A stretch of DNA of 64,000 bases from Gnetum montanum (GCA_015680685.1 MNCI01001310.1:154976-218975), one strand, 5' to 3'; numbered from the stretch's first letter, positions 24,725-37,548 are shown. Translations and numbers: made by a program. Notes: generated by a model not told the origin, from the letters alone.

Positions 24725-26963
24725 GTGCCACTTAATATGCTTTTGGTTAACATGAAAAATCAAAGTATGAGTACTTGGGAGCTGATTAGTCTACCTTTAG
24801 GCCTAAGTGGGCCTCATGATGATGTAAAATGGTATATTGACCCTGATTTCCTAGATCTTAAGCTTGGGATTCTTGTTGACTACATAGCCTCAATGGAGAA
24901 ACCTCTAGAGTGGCTTGAAAACCTAATCAAAACTCTTAACTCAGAGGTAGGTGAGATAACCAAAGACTCTTTGGTTAAGGTTCCTATCATGACACATAGT
25001 GGTGAGGAGAAGGTTCTTAAATTAAGACATCACCAAGGTCCTCTAAGACAACATCAAGGCCTTTGCCTAGTCATATGAAGATATGTCAGGCCTGGACCCA
25101 TGATTAGTACAACATAACATCATACTAGATCCTAGAATTAGACCAATTAAGCAAAAAGTACGTAAGATAAGACCTAATTTAGCCTTTGTAGTTTGTGATG
25201 AGATCTTGAAGCTCTACCAAGCTGGTTACATTATGGCTATTGACTACGTAGAATGGATTTCCAACATAGTGGTAGTCCCTAAGAAAAATGGGAGTATCTA
25301 TATTTGCATCAATTTCTAAGACCTAAATAAAGCAACTATTAAGGATGACTTTCCATTGCCTAGTATTGATCAACTTATTGATACCAAGGCTAGGCATGCC
25401 TTATTATCCATGGATTGGTTCTCACCATACAACCAAATTAGGATCAACCTAGAGCATCCACTTAGCATAACCTTCATGACCTCTTGGGGGACCTTTTGTT
25501 ATACAATGATGTCCTTTTGCCTTAAGAATGCAAGAGCAACCTATCAACAAGCCATGACTTATATCTTCAACAATTACATGTTAGGTTTGCTTAACAATTA
25601 CATGGATGACATAGCCGTTAAGTCCAAAGAGGCTAGTGGCCATGCTAATGACATAAATATTATGCTTAAACAATGCCTCAAATATGAGCTTAGGCTTAAT
25701 CCTAAGAAATGTGTCTTCAGTGTTAAGACCGACAAGATTCTTGGGTTTGTAATATCTAAAGCAAGGATACGTGTTGATCCTAATAAGGTTAAGGTCATAT
25801 CCAAATTAAGAGTGCCCGCCCACCTTAAGAAGCTTTAGGGATTGCAAGGTAGATTACAATTTATTCGTAGGCTTATCGCTAGGCTTCTAGATAAGTTATA
25901 GCACTTACAACACTTGCTTGAGAAAGGGGTTTACTATGAGTGGACAATTCAATTCCAAGAGGCCTTTGAAAACCTTAAGCAAGAGTTGACACAACTACCA
26001 ATAGTCTATCCTCCACAAGAGGGTAGACCTTTTTACATCTACCTAACTATCTCTAACACATCCATCACCTCTCTACTTTGTTAGAAATGAGATGATGGAG
26101 CAGAAATGCCAATATACTATCTTAGCCATGCATTAGTTTCCCATGAAACTGGATACACTAAAGTGGAGAAGTATTGTCTAGCACTAGTCTTCTCATTAAA
26201 GAAGTGGAGACACTACCTCTTCAAAAGCTAAGTTAATGTCATTTGCAAAGATAATGTGCCCATAGCCATAACAACCAATATCTATGAAAGTAGTTGCATA
26301 GCCTAATATAAAGCCATAACCATAGAGTTTGACCTTCATTACATCTCTCAATCCTCAATGAAAGGTCAAGCTATAGTTGTACAACTCATAGTTTCACCTA
26401 TTGATGACCAAGCAACCATAGATCCTGAGTTTTTCGATGAGCATATTAATACTATTAGCCAAGTGCCTAAGGGTTATGAGGCAATCATGCACTCTGGTGG
26501 AGCTTCAATTACCCATGGGGCCAGTGCTACTACCATCAAAACATTTCCATCTGGTCAAATCCAATATTTTTCCTATCATTTTAAGTTTCCATGTACTAAC
26601 AATATAGCAGAATACAAGGGTTTGATCAGGGGAATGATGATAGCTCATGATTTGGGAATTAGATGCTTAGCAATTAAAGGTGATTTCCAACTTGTCATTA
26701 ATCAAGTAATGGAAGTCTATGTGTGTAAATCCAAACACTTACAACCATACTATGACCTAGGGAAACAATTGTTACAACAGTTTATAGACATTGATATCCA
26801 GCACGTACCCTGAAATGAGAATGCCATAGCCAATGCAATTGCAACATTAACTCTCAATGTGATGCTAGATATGTTTAATAAGTTACCCACCTTAACTATG
26901 GATTATGTTGTTCCCATCACACAGAACACTAAAGATACCTTTATAGTCATCATCCATACTACT
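24725..26963 (+). pseudogene. Degenerate pol: reverse transcriptase, RNase H and additional (aRH) RNase H of Tat/Ogre type
   Basis: AFA*SYEDMSGLDP; EWISNIVVVPKKNG; DDFPLPSIDQLID; YMDDIAVKS; LRLNPKKCVF; PIYYLS; FPCTNNIAEYKGLIRG...IKGDFQLVINQV...IQHVP. Preceded by a pyrimidine tract and TAG acceptor-like site at 24722-24724. Confidence 0.92.
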
Positions 26964-28150
26964 CTTATCAACTATCCTGAATGCTTCGTTATCATAGGCT
27001 TTGGTAACTAGGAAGGGCCCTTCCCAATTACCTGAGAATTTATCTACATGCTCGTGGATGGCTTTGAGAACTAGGTCACCTTCCTTGATCTTATGTTTGG
27101 CCAAATTTTGGTGATGTTTTTGCTTCTACCTCTCTTTATAGCATTTGATGTGAGCAAGCACTTGCATACATTGCTCCTCCAATGAGTCTAGGACCGTTAT
27201 CCACAACTCCTTATTTTGCTCATCATTGATGAAGTTGGTTAAGGCTACTTGAAGTGATGGCACATGCAATTCAAGAGGAAAAAAAGCTCTAGAACCATAA
27301 ACTAGGTTATAAGGGGTTGCTCCAATTACCGTGTGATAGGTCATTCTATAGGCCTATGGTGCATGGACAAGCCACTCATGCCATTTATGTCTACCATTAT
27401 TGAGCATCTTTTTCAGAAAATTTATAATGACCTTGTTGCTTGCTTCTACTTGTTTATTAGCCTGAGGATAATAAGGTGGCAAGAAAGAATGCTTAATGCC
27501 CAAGTTGTGACAGAAATATTTTGTTTCGTGGTTACTAAATTATGCTCCATTATCTGTAACTATGGCAATGGGTATGCCAAAATAGGCTACAATGTTGTCT
27601 AAGAGAAATTTGCAAAATTTTTCAGATGTAGTCTTCCTTAAGGGAATAGCCTCAACTCACTTTGTAAAGTATCCAATTGCAGTGATGATGAAGCTATGAC
27701 CTGCAGAAGACTTTGGTGTTATAGGTTTGATGATATCTTACCCCCATCATTGAAATAGCCAAGTGATCTAAGTAATATGTAGCTCTATCAATGGTACATG
27801 TATGAGATTACTATGTCATTGGCACGTGTTACAATGCTTAACCTTTTACATGCAATCACTTTTGATATGGGGCTAGTAGTAACCTAACTATCTAATCTTA
27901 GTAGCCATGGCTCTTAGTCCTATATATCCTCCACAAACACCATCATTAAATTCCTCTAGGACCATTCTAACTTTGGTTTTACCTAAGCACTTTAGTAATA
28001 TACAATCATAGGATAGTTGACATAAAGTGTTATCACCTATGATGACATATTGCTTCAATCTTTTTCGTACAACGTCCTTTTGGATAGTTGTTAGGCCTTG
28101 TGAAGACTCACCATGCATAAGGTAAAATTTGATATCATCATACCATTCCT
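26964..28150 (-). pseudogene. Integrase of the Tat/Ogre-like element, inverted relative to the rest of pol (C-terminal tail ELANLINHSYLKPYYM* remains on + at ~28170-28223)
   Basis: Minus-strand peptides EEFNDGVCGGYIG (Zn-finger region), GATPYNLVYG, IKEGDLVLK, NWEGPFLV (GPF/Y motif); flanked by 25-bp inverted repeats. Confidence 0.9.
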
Positions 28151-28254
28151 TGATAGGAGTAGTATGGATGATGAACTAGCCAATCTAATCAATCATTCCT
28201 ATCTGAAGCCATATTACATGTAGTCAATGATCATCAATAAGCGAGCTTGCTCTA

Positions 28255-28527
28255 ACATGACCTACCAGGGCCTAAAATGGTAACAACACAGCCTACTAAG
28301 GCCTTAAATTGGCAACATGGCCTTCCAAGGCCTAAAACTTGTAACAACATGGCCTTCCAAGGCCTAAAACTCGTAACAACATGGCCTACCAAGGCCTTAA
28401 ATTGGCAACACGACCTACCAAGGCCTTAAATAGGAAATACAACCTATTAAGGCCTTAAACTGGCAACATGGCCTCCCAGAGCCTAAAACTAGTAACAACA
28501 TGGCCTGCTAAGGCTTTAAAATGGCAC
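28255..28527 (+). repeat. Tandem repeat, 29-32-bp units (ggcctaccaaggccttaaattggcaacat), ~9 copies
   Basis: Direct inspection; lies just 3' of the integrase stop. Confidence 0.9.
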
Positions 28528-31500
28528 TTTGAATCTATTTACCACATGTTGTTGGAAACATTTGGTAGCTATTTTGGTTGTACAATCTTTAACTGCAGCT
28601 GCTCTTCCCACTTTGTATAATAATCAAAAATCACTATAATATAAGCCTTCTCATTTGACATTGGCAAAATGGACCCCATGAAGTTAATTCCTCATATATC
28701 AAATGGTTCCAATGGTTGAATCCATTACTGTGGTCTTTCATTTATAGCTATTATTCCTCCATTTCACTGACATCTTTCACAAGATTGAGTGAAGTTGTTG
28801 GCCTCTCAAAATATGATAGGCCAAAAGTAGCCTACCATCATTAATTTGATTGTTGTCCTTTGCCCAGCATAATGCCCACTACATGGTCCTTCATGTGCAT
28901 CTTGTAGGACCCTCTATTGGTTCTCTTCCATTACACACCATCATACTAATCCATCAACACAAGTTTTGTAAAGGTTCCTATTTATTTCCATATATCTCTT
29001 TACCTTATGGAGGAACTATTCCTTTTGCTTTCTACTCCACTCAACAGGAAGTTCTTGTACTATCAAGTAAATCATATAGTCAATGGTCCATCACTTTTTT
29101 GTTTAGTTAATAACCATTGTTGTTTTCATGAATAAGTCCTCATCAAAAAACTGATCTAACAATGGTTCTTATTGGTCTTATGGTTCCCATTTGTGCCTTG
29201 ACAAATGATCTTCTTCTACATTTTCAATGCCTTTCTTTTCGATCATGATGATGTCGAGCTCTTGCAATATGACAAGTCATCTAATCACACAAGGACTTAC
29301 CATTGATTTATTCATTAAGAATCTTATTTCACTATGATCTATATGGACATAGATGGGGTATCCCAACATGTAGTATCTAAATTTTTATGAAACATACACC
29401 CCTGCCATAAGCTCAGTTTCGATGATGGTGTAATTAAGTTGTACTCTGGTAATGCTTCTGTTGGCACAATGTATATAGTATAGTCTCTTCTAATTATCTA
29501 GCTATGTGAGTACTGCATCCAGTGCATAATTTGAAGCATCTATTATTATGTGCAAAGGTCTTAACCAATCCAAAGCTCAAAGAATTAGTGTTTTGATTAG
29601 CTTCTACTTTAGAGTCTCAAATTCCTTTTCACATTACTCAATCTAGTGAAATTGTGCATCTTTCTTCATTAATTCTACCAATGGTTTGGCTATTCTTAAG
29701 AAATTTTCTATGAACCTTCTGTAATATCCCGTGTCGTCTAGAAATTATATAACATCCTTGATAATTTAGGGCCTCTGAGTGATGTTTTGGATTACCCTGA
29801 TCTTTTCTAGATCTACCTCAATTTCTTTTTGTGATATCTTATGTCCTAACATAATCCCATCTTGGACCATCAAATGGCTCTTCTACTAATTGATTTTAAA
29901 GTTTTTTTTCTACACATCTTTTCAATAACTACTCTAAATAGTCTAAGGCTTGTTAAAGTATAGCCCATAGGTTGAAAAATCATCCATAAATACTTCTACA
30001 GCATTACCTATTTGCCTTTGGAAAATACTCAGTACTAATCTTTGAAAAGTGATGGGCATATTGGATAAGCTGAAAGGCATTTGTTTGTAAGCAAATGTTC
30101 CCCAAGGATTGGTGAACATAGTCTTTTCCTAGTTTTCTAGTGCAATGTGGATTTGATTGTACATGTTGTATCCATCTAGAAAGCTATAGTACTGATGTCC
30201 TACTATAGTATCTAGGACTTAGTCAACAAATGGCAAAGGGAAATGGTCTTTGAATGTCATAGAGTTCAACAACTAGAAATCAATACATACTCTTCACTTG
30301 TCATCCTTTCTCTAAACAATTACCAATGAGCTAACCCATTCACTATCTACAATGGGTTAGATGAATCCTACTTTTAATAAATTTTCCAATTCTTGTTTCG
30401 CTACCTCTTTAAGCTTAGGATTCAGCCTTCTCTAAGGTTGGTGACATGGCTTAAGGGCTGGATCTGTGTATATCTGGTGTTTAAAAATTCATGGATTAAT
30501 GCCTATTATCTTATCATAAGACCATGCAAATGTTATTGACCATTTATTGACTACTTCCAATAATTTCTTTTTTTGATCTTTATCCAAGTTGGCTTTAATG
30601 ATTATCAACTTTTTTTTATTTAGAAAACCATATTCTAATGCTGCCAATAGGATCTTTAACTCTAATGGTTCTAGCTCAAATTTCTCTAGGATCTCAAGTT
30701 GTCCCCATTCAATATCTTCTACTTAGCCTAAATGTGTATAGGGATGCCTTCTTCTTAACTACTCATGCTTTTCTATTTCCTCCATGTAGGTGCTTATGAT
30801 CTAAGTTATTGGTTCCATGTATATTTTTTATTCTATTTCTTCATTGATTACTATCCACTATGTGCCCTCTTGCTTAGCGGTTGTCGCATACAAGCATTTC
30901 TATACATGCATTTCTTCTACACATCTATTGCATGCTATGTTGTTTTCTTGTTTAACAACCTATATCCTCTGCATGCAATTTCACCCATTATCACTATATG
31001 TGATACATGGAACTCTACATCTATGGATGATTCCAGCTTCATCTTCCTTGAAAATCTCCAAGGACAAATCTCTAATGTTAAGCTTAGCATCTACAATGCT
31101 AAACCAAGCTCTTCCCATGATGATAGGGAACTCTCCCTTATTTTTCCCCACGTGAATGACTAAGAAATCAACTGAATAAGACCATCCACTGATGGTGGTG
31201 ATGACATCATCTGCCTATCCAAGTGGAACTATAATGGACTAGCCAATAAGCTCTAGTCTGATATTACTTTCATTGAGTGGGGGAAGATTCTAGGCTTTAT
31301 ACATGTCTTGTAAGATTAGGTTCAGTCCTGAGCTAGAATCAAGTAGAGCCTTGCATGATTTGTGGCCTGCTACTTGGAGGTATATTAAGGAACATCTTGG
31401 ATCTGATCTTTTCTAAGGAAGGACTCTTGCCTTTATCCAACATGTAACTATCTATGTAAGCATGAAAATAGTCAGATTCGAATATGAAGGATGCAGAAGC

Positions 31501-33992
31501 ATGCTATTCCTTGAAGGGGTGTATGTGGAAGGGGTTGACATAGATGGAGTTTCCATCCTTTGGACCTTCTCTAGACTTTTTCTAAAAAATGAATGTTTCC
31601 TCGACCTAGGTTCACTTATCATTACCTTTTCCTATGTGTGTAATGCCCTTGTGGAATTCTTCTATTGTGGTTGTGATGGTAGTTCCCCTTGCATGACATG
31701 TGGTGGCACTGACTATAAAGAATTGGAAGGTTGGTTTGATGGACCAGTTGCTAATGGATGTGCATAAGGATTGTGATCCATCCTTGGAGTGATAGGCCTA
31801 TGGTACTTTGGTGGATAATAAGGAGAAGAAATTTGGACTAAAGCATTCCCTAGAGATATTGGATGTTGGACATAATATCCATAAGGATCAAGTTGTCTAT
31901 ATGAATATTGGTGCCTTGGCAAGGCATTATCCACATCTGTTGTTGCTACCACTACTGCTGATATTACTTCTATGATGGAGGGTAAGCTCCAGTTGGGTAG
32001 TGTGTTGGCTAGAAAGGTTGTCTAGAATTACCTTAAGGATTAGGTAACCATCTTGGCATTTTCTTTTTGACAAAACTTGGATTGAGTGTGTATGCTCCAA
32101 ACTCCTGCATGTGGACCATAACAAAGCAACATCCCTTAGGATGTTCATACTAGCACACCTTGCACCCTTCCTCTTCCTCTAAACTAGAGTTAGTATACTC
32201 TTCAATGATAGCAATTTTTCCTTTGTGCTTGTAACTTTCCTATCTGTAGTCTCTTTACTTCTTCTTTTCCTTACCCTTGTTAAGTGCTCATTCAGCCTTC
32301 TCTTCTACAATCTTCAAGGTTGTAGCAAATTTTTCATCCACTAGATCTCACATTTTCTCTACCTTGATTACTATATCATTCATCAATTTTTGGATTAGTA
32401 TAGTCTTATTTTGGATGACATCTTCCAATGTTTCATCCTCCTATTTATTTCATATCCACACATCGCATTTTCTTATTGATGGATCTCTGTTATATTCTTT
32501 AGCTAATTCTCTCTTCTTCAATTCTCCTTTTTCTTTTGCTACTTGGTTTATTAAACTTTGAATCCAATGGACAATCATCTCTAATAATCATCCCTAAGCA
32601 TAAACCCCAAGGGTCTCTCTAGTTTTGTTCCTCAACCCATCTATTACGTGCCTTAGTTGTTCCTTTTTGTAAGAATCCATGGCCTGGGCATATGTGTAGT
32701 AAGGAATAGTATCTGCTCATTACTACATCAAGGGATTCATGTGTCCCCTGGATTTTCTTCCTTAGGTTTGATACTCATGAGTAAGTTTGATACTTATCGT
32801 TGAAGAGTTCCAGCATGGTACTCCATCTTTGAATTAATTCTAGTTATAAAGATTTGTACCAAATTTCTGCCTCCTTGATGAGTGTTGTAGGGAATAACTT
32901 TAGTTTCTGCCAATCACTTTCAATGTTTTGGAGGATATAGGAATCATGGAATTCTTGAAGGTGGTGCTATGGATTTACATTATATCCACCCTCAAATATA
33001 GGCATGTTGTTCATGTCTAGTCGCTTGATGCAACTATCCCTTACATGCCTGATTGGAATATAGATTACTTCCTTGATGTTGATCATGTTGTGAGTGGCTA
33101 GTATGGGTTCTTCATAGTGATTGGGTTTGCAAGCTCTATTGTAGTGGTGCCCCCTTCTATGTTCATAGTGCTCCCTTTCTTCGTATCTGATTCTATCTCT
33201 TCTTTGTTCATAATCATCCTCATCACTATTAAGATATCTCCTTCTATACTCATGTCTTTCACCATCCCTACATTTTTCTCTGTCATGATCTTTGTATTGA
33301 CATTCCTTCTTGTTAAACTCTACAAATGAATGTGAGGAGGTAGAAGAAGTAGTTGGAGAATGGTGCCAACTAGCTCTCCTTCGGTGACTCCTTGATTCAT
33401 TCTCTTTTGGTTCTTTAGAAGCTTTAGGCTTTGAGCTTTGCCTATGTCTCAAGTCTTTTGCATTCCTTCCAAGGTCCTCTGCAAGAGTTTTCTTTATCTT
33501 TTTCTTGACAAGATCTTCAATGTGTATAACTGGTGTGTAGAAGTGAGATCTCTAAAGTTGATAAAACTTGTTAGCTTGAAGTAAGGTATCTTCTATTTTT
33601 TTCTAAGAAAACTATCTAAGGGACCTTCTTTCTCTTATGTTCATGTTGTGCTTCCATGATAGCATCTATTTTTTCCTAGGCCTCTGTTGGCTGGTATAGC
33701 CTAGTCATGCCCTTTGTGACTCAATATTCTTCATGTTCATGACTAAGGTTGGCCTTCCTGAGAGCTTCTTGAAACATCAAGGGTATTAAACATTCTAGTG
33801 GTAGAACTATGTTGCCCTGCATATATCTCCATCTGAGTTATTCATCTTAGTGAAGGATGAATGTAAAGTCAGGATAATATGGATCAATGTGAGCATATGA
33901 AACTCTTGTTTACATTGGTGCACTCTAGCCTTCATTATCATGTTTTCTGTCATGAATTTTTTGTAGCTCATTGGCAAGTGACATTTTCTCAT
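28528..33992 (-). pseudogene. Degenerate Athila-like gag-pol
   Basis: CKALLDSSSGLNLI (~31340); RRLNPKLKEV; SEWVSSLVIV; DHFPLPFVD; FLDGYNMYNQI; EVFMDDFSTYG (~29980); YIIVIFDYYTKWEE (~28620). Confidence 0.9.
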
Positions 33993-34135
33993 TTAGTGTT
34001 GAAGCCATGTTATGTTTTTGATGCTTACTTTTGTGTGTGTGTTAGTAAAATTAATTGAGAATATGAAAGACAAACTTTTATAGCTTGTAATATAACAAAC
34101 TATATAAGATCAACTCTTAAGCACACATTAACACA

Positions 34136-34154
34136 TCCCTGCCAATGGTGCCAA
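34136..34154 (-). promoter_or_regulatory. tRNA-Asp-type primer binding site
   Basis: Minus strand TGGCACCATTGGCAGGGA versus TGGCGCCGTTGCCGGGGA (4 mismatches), one base after the LTR-terminal CA. Confidence 0.7.
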
Positions 34155-35050
34155 TGATGAGTAGTGAGCAATCCCAACCCTCTACCATACAAGTCACAAG
34201 TGTTCGCCAATGACCAAATTGTAATTTGTGGATGAGACAATGTAATTATGCCAAGGGTTGGTGTTAGGTTCATAATCATTGTCCTTTCAGCTTAAGTTAG
34301 TGAAGTCTCAACATATGGTTTTAACTCACACTGAGGCATATGATAATTGATGTTGTAAGGCTCAAATAACTCCTAGTGGTGAACATGATGAAAAATGAAA
34401 CTTAAGCCTAAGTCTAAGTAACATTGAAGTGAGAATCTATTCTATCCTAGAGTGATAGGTATTCGTTCCTAGTTTACTAGCCATATCTTGGATTCATGTG
34501 GTTATCACTAGGATTACCAAGTGGAATTACTATTGAGAAAATTAAGCAATGCCTCTACTAGGTTACCAAATAACTATACTTAACATTTAAAACCAATCAT
34601 ACCCATTTCAATTTACTAATAAACATGTAAAGTAAAATGCTTGGACAAGTAAAGTATTAAGCTAGAATAAGCATGCTAAGTAAACATAAGAAAACTAAGG
34701 AATGCTGCAATGATGGACTTCTATTATGACTTCAACATGGAAATAAGAAACAAATGCAAAACAAACAACACATCAATGAACTTGTAGGAGGTAGGAGGAC
34801 ATTCACACTATACTCAATAACTTGCCTATTTAGGCTTCACCTCTTCATGCTCCTTTTGAATGCTAGATGATTTCATACTTTCTTCAATCTCATCTTTTAT
34901 GCTTTGGGCTGCATTTGGATGTTTAGCACTTATGATACTCTGCATCTTTGTACCTATTTACTCATGACTCTATTACAAACTTCATGAAATATTTGCCAAT
35001 GCCTTTTGAACATGTAATGTTGTTTTTTGAATTCATTTAACTTCTCGTCA
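34155..35050 (-). repeat. 5' LTR of Athila-like copy 2
   Basis: Begins tgatgagt on + like 57935 and 63606; shares the cactaggattaccaag block; right edge (cgtca) inferred. Confidence 0.65.
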
Positions 35051-35716
35051 TGGTTCCTGTGGAATTGCTTGATGTATTTTTCAAGAATTCAACTAACTTT
35101 GATGTCTTTATTACTCATCTTTTCTCCATGATTCTAATGATCTTCCATGGTCTACGATGCACCTTCTTCACACTACATATTGGGTGTTATATGACTATAT
35201 GTCTTTTACAACTATTGAACTTCATGTTTCTTATTCATCTAAAGTAGATGCAACCCTCTATGAACCATTGTAACCTTTTCCTCTCTTTCTTAGTATAGAT
35301 TACTTACATTGAGAAACTAACGATTGTACATTATCCTACAAATATAATCTAACAATAAACATAGAATTTTATTAAAGTATTCCCAATCACAAACTATGAA
35401 TAGTTTAGGATAAATTTTGAATCGAAAATGATTTGATATTTCCAATTATTAAGTAGACAAAGTTTTTAGTCAAAATATTAATGTTTAAACTCTAAGCATA
35501 GCAAGTAAAGACCAACAATGTGTAATGATGCCAAAAAAGATTGTAGAAAATATAAAATACAATTAAAATCTTGTAAGTTTTCGTATTAACGTTAGTATAC
35601 TTGTTCCTAACATAGCATCACCTAATTGATTTGAACTTTCCAACTTATTTGTTGATAAACCAGCATAGGATTTCCATTCTTATAAATATTTATATATGTA
35701 TTCATTGGTATTGAAA

Positions 35717-36436
35717 GTACCATCTTAATTAATTACCAAAGATCAATGGCTAAAAGCAATAAGATTATTCCTTGAAATGTATAATACTTTAACGTGGGCA
35801 AACGAGAAGGTACAAATTCTCTGTTTTTACCATGATATCGGGATTGTTACCTCATACCGTACTAAAGGTATCCGGTTTTCTATTTAGGTTCTATTAAAGT
35901 AATTTGAATTACATGCACTGATGTACTTGCCATCTATGTTAAGGGTATTGCATAATAATCGGTAAAATACTCTCAGGTTTTTATGTATGTGCTATGAGTA
36001 TTTGAACAGTGTTCACAGTCGAATCATTCCATGTAAAATCAGAAAAATGAGCTTTGACTAGCCTTGAAGGTTTGGTGGCTCGAGTCGGGTCCCCTCTGGA
36101 TCTGAATCCAGATAGTTAGTGTTCGAACCCCATCGACAGTGTTTGAAAACCCACTTAAAGAATCTCAGTTTATTACTGTTGCCAAAGTGTAAGCCTGGAA
36201 TAGACTCCACGGTCTGGCAGGAGCTGCCAGATTTCTTTTGCGTGGAAGACGCCACATTGTGTTTCGCGTACGCTCCAGCCATAAGTCAATTTTGTACTTT
36301 TCTTGTTTTTGGCATATTTAGCTTGAAATTTGACGATGGGATCGTATCTCTCGGGTCTCCGCATGGTTTTTGCAGGCATCATCTGGAGATTTGAAAATTA
36401 AGAATCGAGGCCTACCAGCCAGCCAGCCATATAAAT
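35717..36436 (+). promoter_or_regulatory. Putative promoter of the hairpin locus: six GTAC (SBP/CuRE-type) cores and a TATA box
   Basis: GTAC at 35717, 35810, 35859 (CCGTAC), 35923, 36268 (CGTACG), 36294; TATAAAT at 36430-36436. Confidence 0.45.
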
Positions 36437-36568
36437 GACAAAACCATAAAAACGACTGAAAGCGAAGTAAAATCAAATCAGAAAAGCAATCGTAGTTCAC
36501 GGGAGCTTTTGAATTTATGGGTGTGCACGGATTCACATTTTGATGAGGACAGCACAGCGAATTACAGT

Positions 36569-36793
36569 ATATCCGAGAGCAGGGAAGAGGCAATATACGG
36601 TACTACAGTCTTCATTTGATCGAGTTAAAATGGAATATAGTAGTGGGTTTATCATGGCCGACAAGGTCCGGAAAAAAAAATCTAGGTCTTGGCACATCAT
36701 CATCATCATTTAACAGCTCACCAAACTATCAAATGTGATATATTACTATATTATAGTACTGGTGTATTGCTCTGCCTTTCTCTGTCTCGGTAT
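36569..36793 (+). ncRNA. MIR408-like microRNA precursor fold-back (divergent or degenerate)
   Basis: Arms 36573-36609 (ccgagagcagggaagaggcaatatacggtactacagt) and 36750-36790 (attatagtactggtgtattgctctgcctttctctgtctcgg) pair, with an inner stem catttgat/atcaaatg. The arms resemble miR408-5p/3p, and G:U wobbles favour the + strand. Confidence 0.55.
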
Positions 36794-37548
36794 CAGCTAT
36801 CATTTTTTCTTGGTTTTGCTGTATGCAAATTGCACATCTTTAATCCCACCTTGGAATTTTACGCAGCAGCCTTCTCATGATGGACGGACTAAATATTTCT
36901 GCAATGTTGCGGCATCAAATTTTGTGTGCCTATGTTCCGTCATTTCAGGTCCTGTTTTTGTGCAGTCCATTTGTTTGTTTGGTGCTGTATGTGCACAAAT
37001 CAGACGAATTTGAAGTATGATAATATTGGCGTTGGTATTGTAACCAAAATGACAGTGGCATTGGGAAGACCAAATGGGGTACGGGAATACATTGAAATAA
37101 GAGCAATACAAGACTAGAGACTACTGCTTGTTCTGCACAATGTTTGTTTGTGTGTTGATAAAATTTTTTATATAAAGGCCAGTTACCAGTGATCAATGAT
37201 GCTTGGTAACAGACAAAATTATTTATTTTGTCGTGTCAATTCAAATGTATTTTTGTTGCATTACCTCTGAAAGCCTGCCGCGAAGGTGCTTAAAAGTTTA
37301 GACCTCGTTTAGACAGGAAACACTTCCATCATAACTGATAATGGATTGCCCTTAAATGATAGGTTTGATTTTGATTCCATTGGTAATTTATCAGTTTGTA
37401 AATCATAGATGTGCATCGGTTTCCAGTTCTGTATTTTATTTTACCATGATTTCATTTCAAATAACCTATTCAGAAGAAGAGCAAAAGATGAGTCTTTAAA
37501 AAATAGGGTCACCTGGTTACAGTACACTAAAGCTGCTCAAGAAGACCG

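Larger units (their letters stand above)
6837..28527 (+). mobile_element. Tat/Ogre-like Ty3/gypsy retrotransposon (copy 2), ~21.7 kb, 3' LTR missing: LTR-gag-PROT-[antisense gene, 192-bp array]-RT-RH-aRH-INT(inverted)-repeats
   Basis: Starts TGTAATCCC inside the Athila protease. Ogre/Tat-type gag, CxYHxxxGHxTxxC knuckle, protease, RT and an additional RNase H before INT. The same ~30-bp repeat family occurs at three internal positions. That pol belongs to the same element is inferred. Confidence 0.75.
28528..35050 (-). mobile_element. Athila-like Ty3/gypsy retrotransposon (copy 2), truncated within integrase
   Basis: LTR 34155-~35050, PBS 34136-34154, then gag, protease, RT, RNase H and integrase N-terminus on the minus strand. 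Confidence 0.88.

Noticed and set aside
36058-36593. Overlapping short ORFs near the hairpin, and a possible plantacyanin-type miR408 target site (QGRG frame at ~36580)
   Set aside because: No recognisable protein or signal peptide follows; the match is better explained as one arm of the fold-back.
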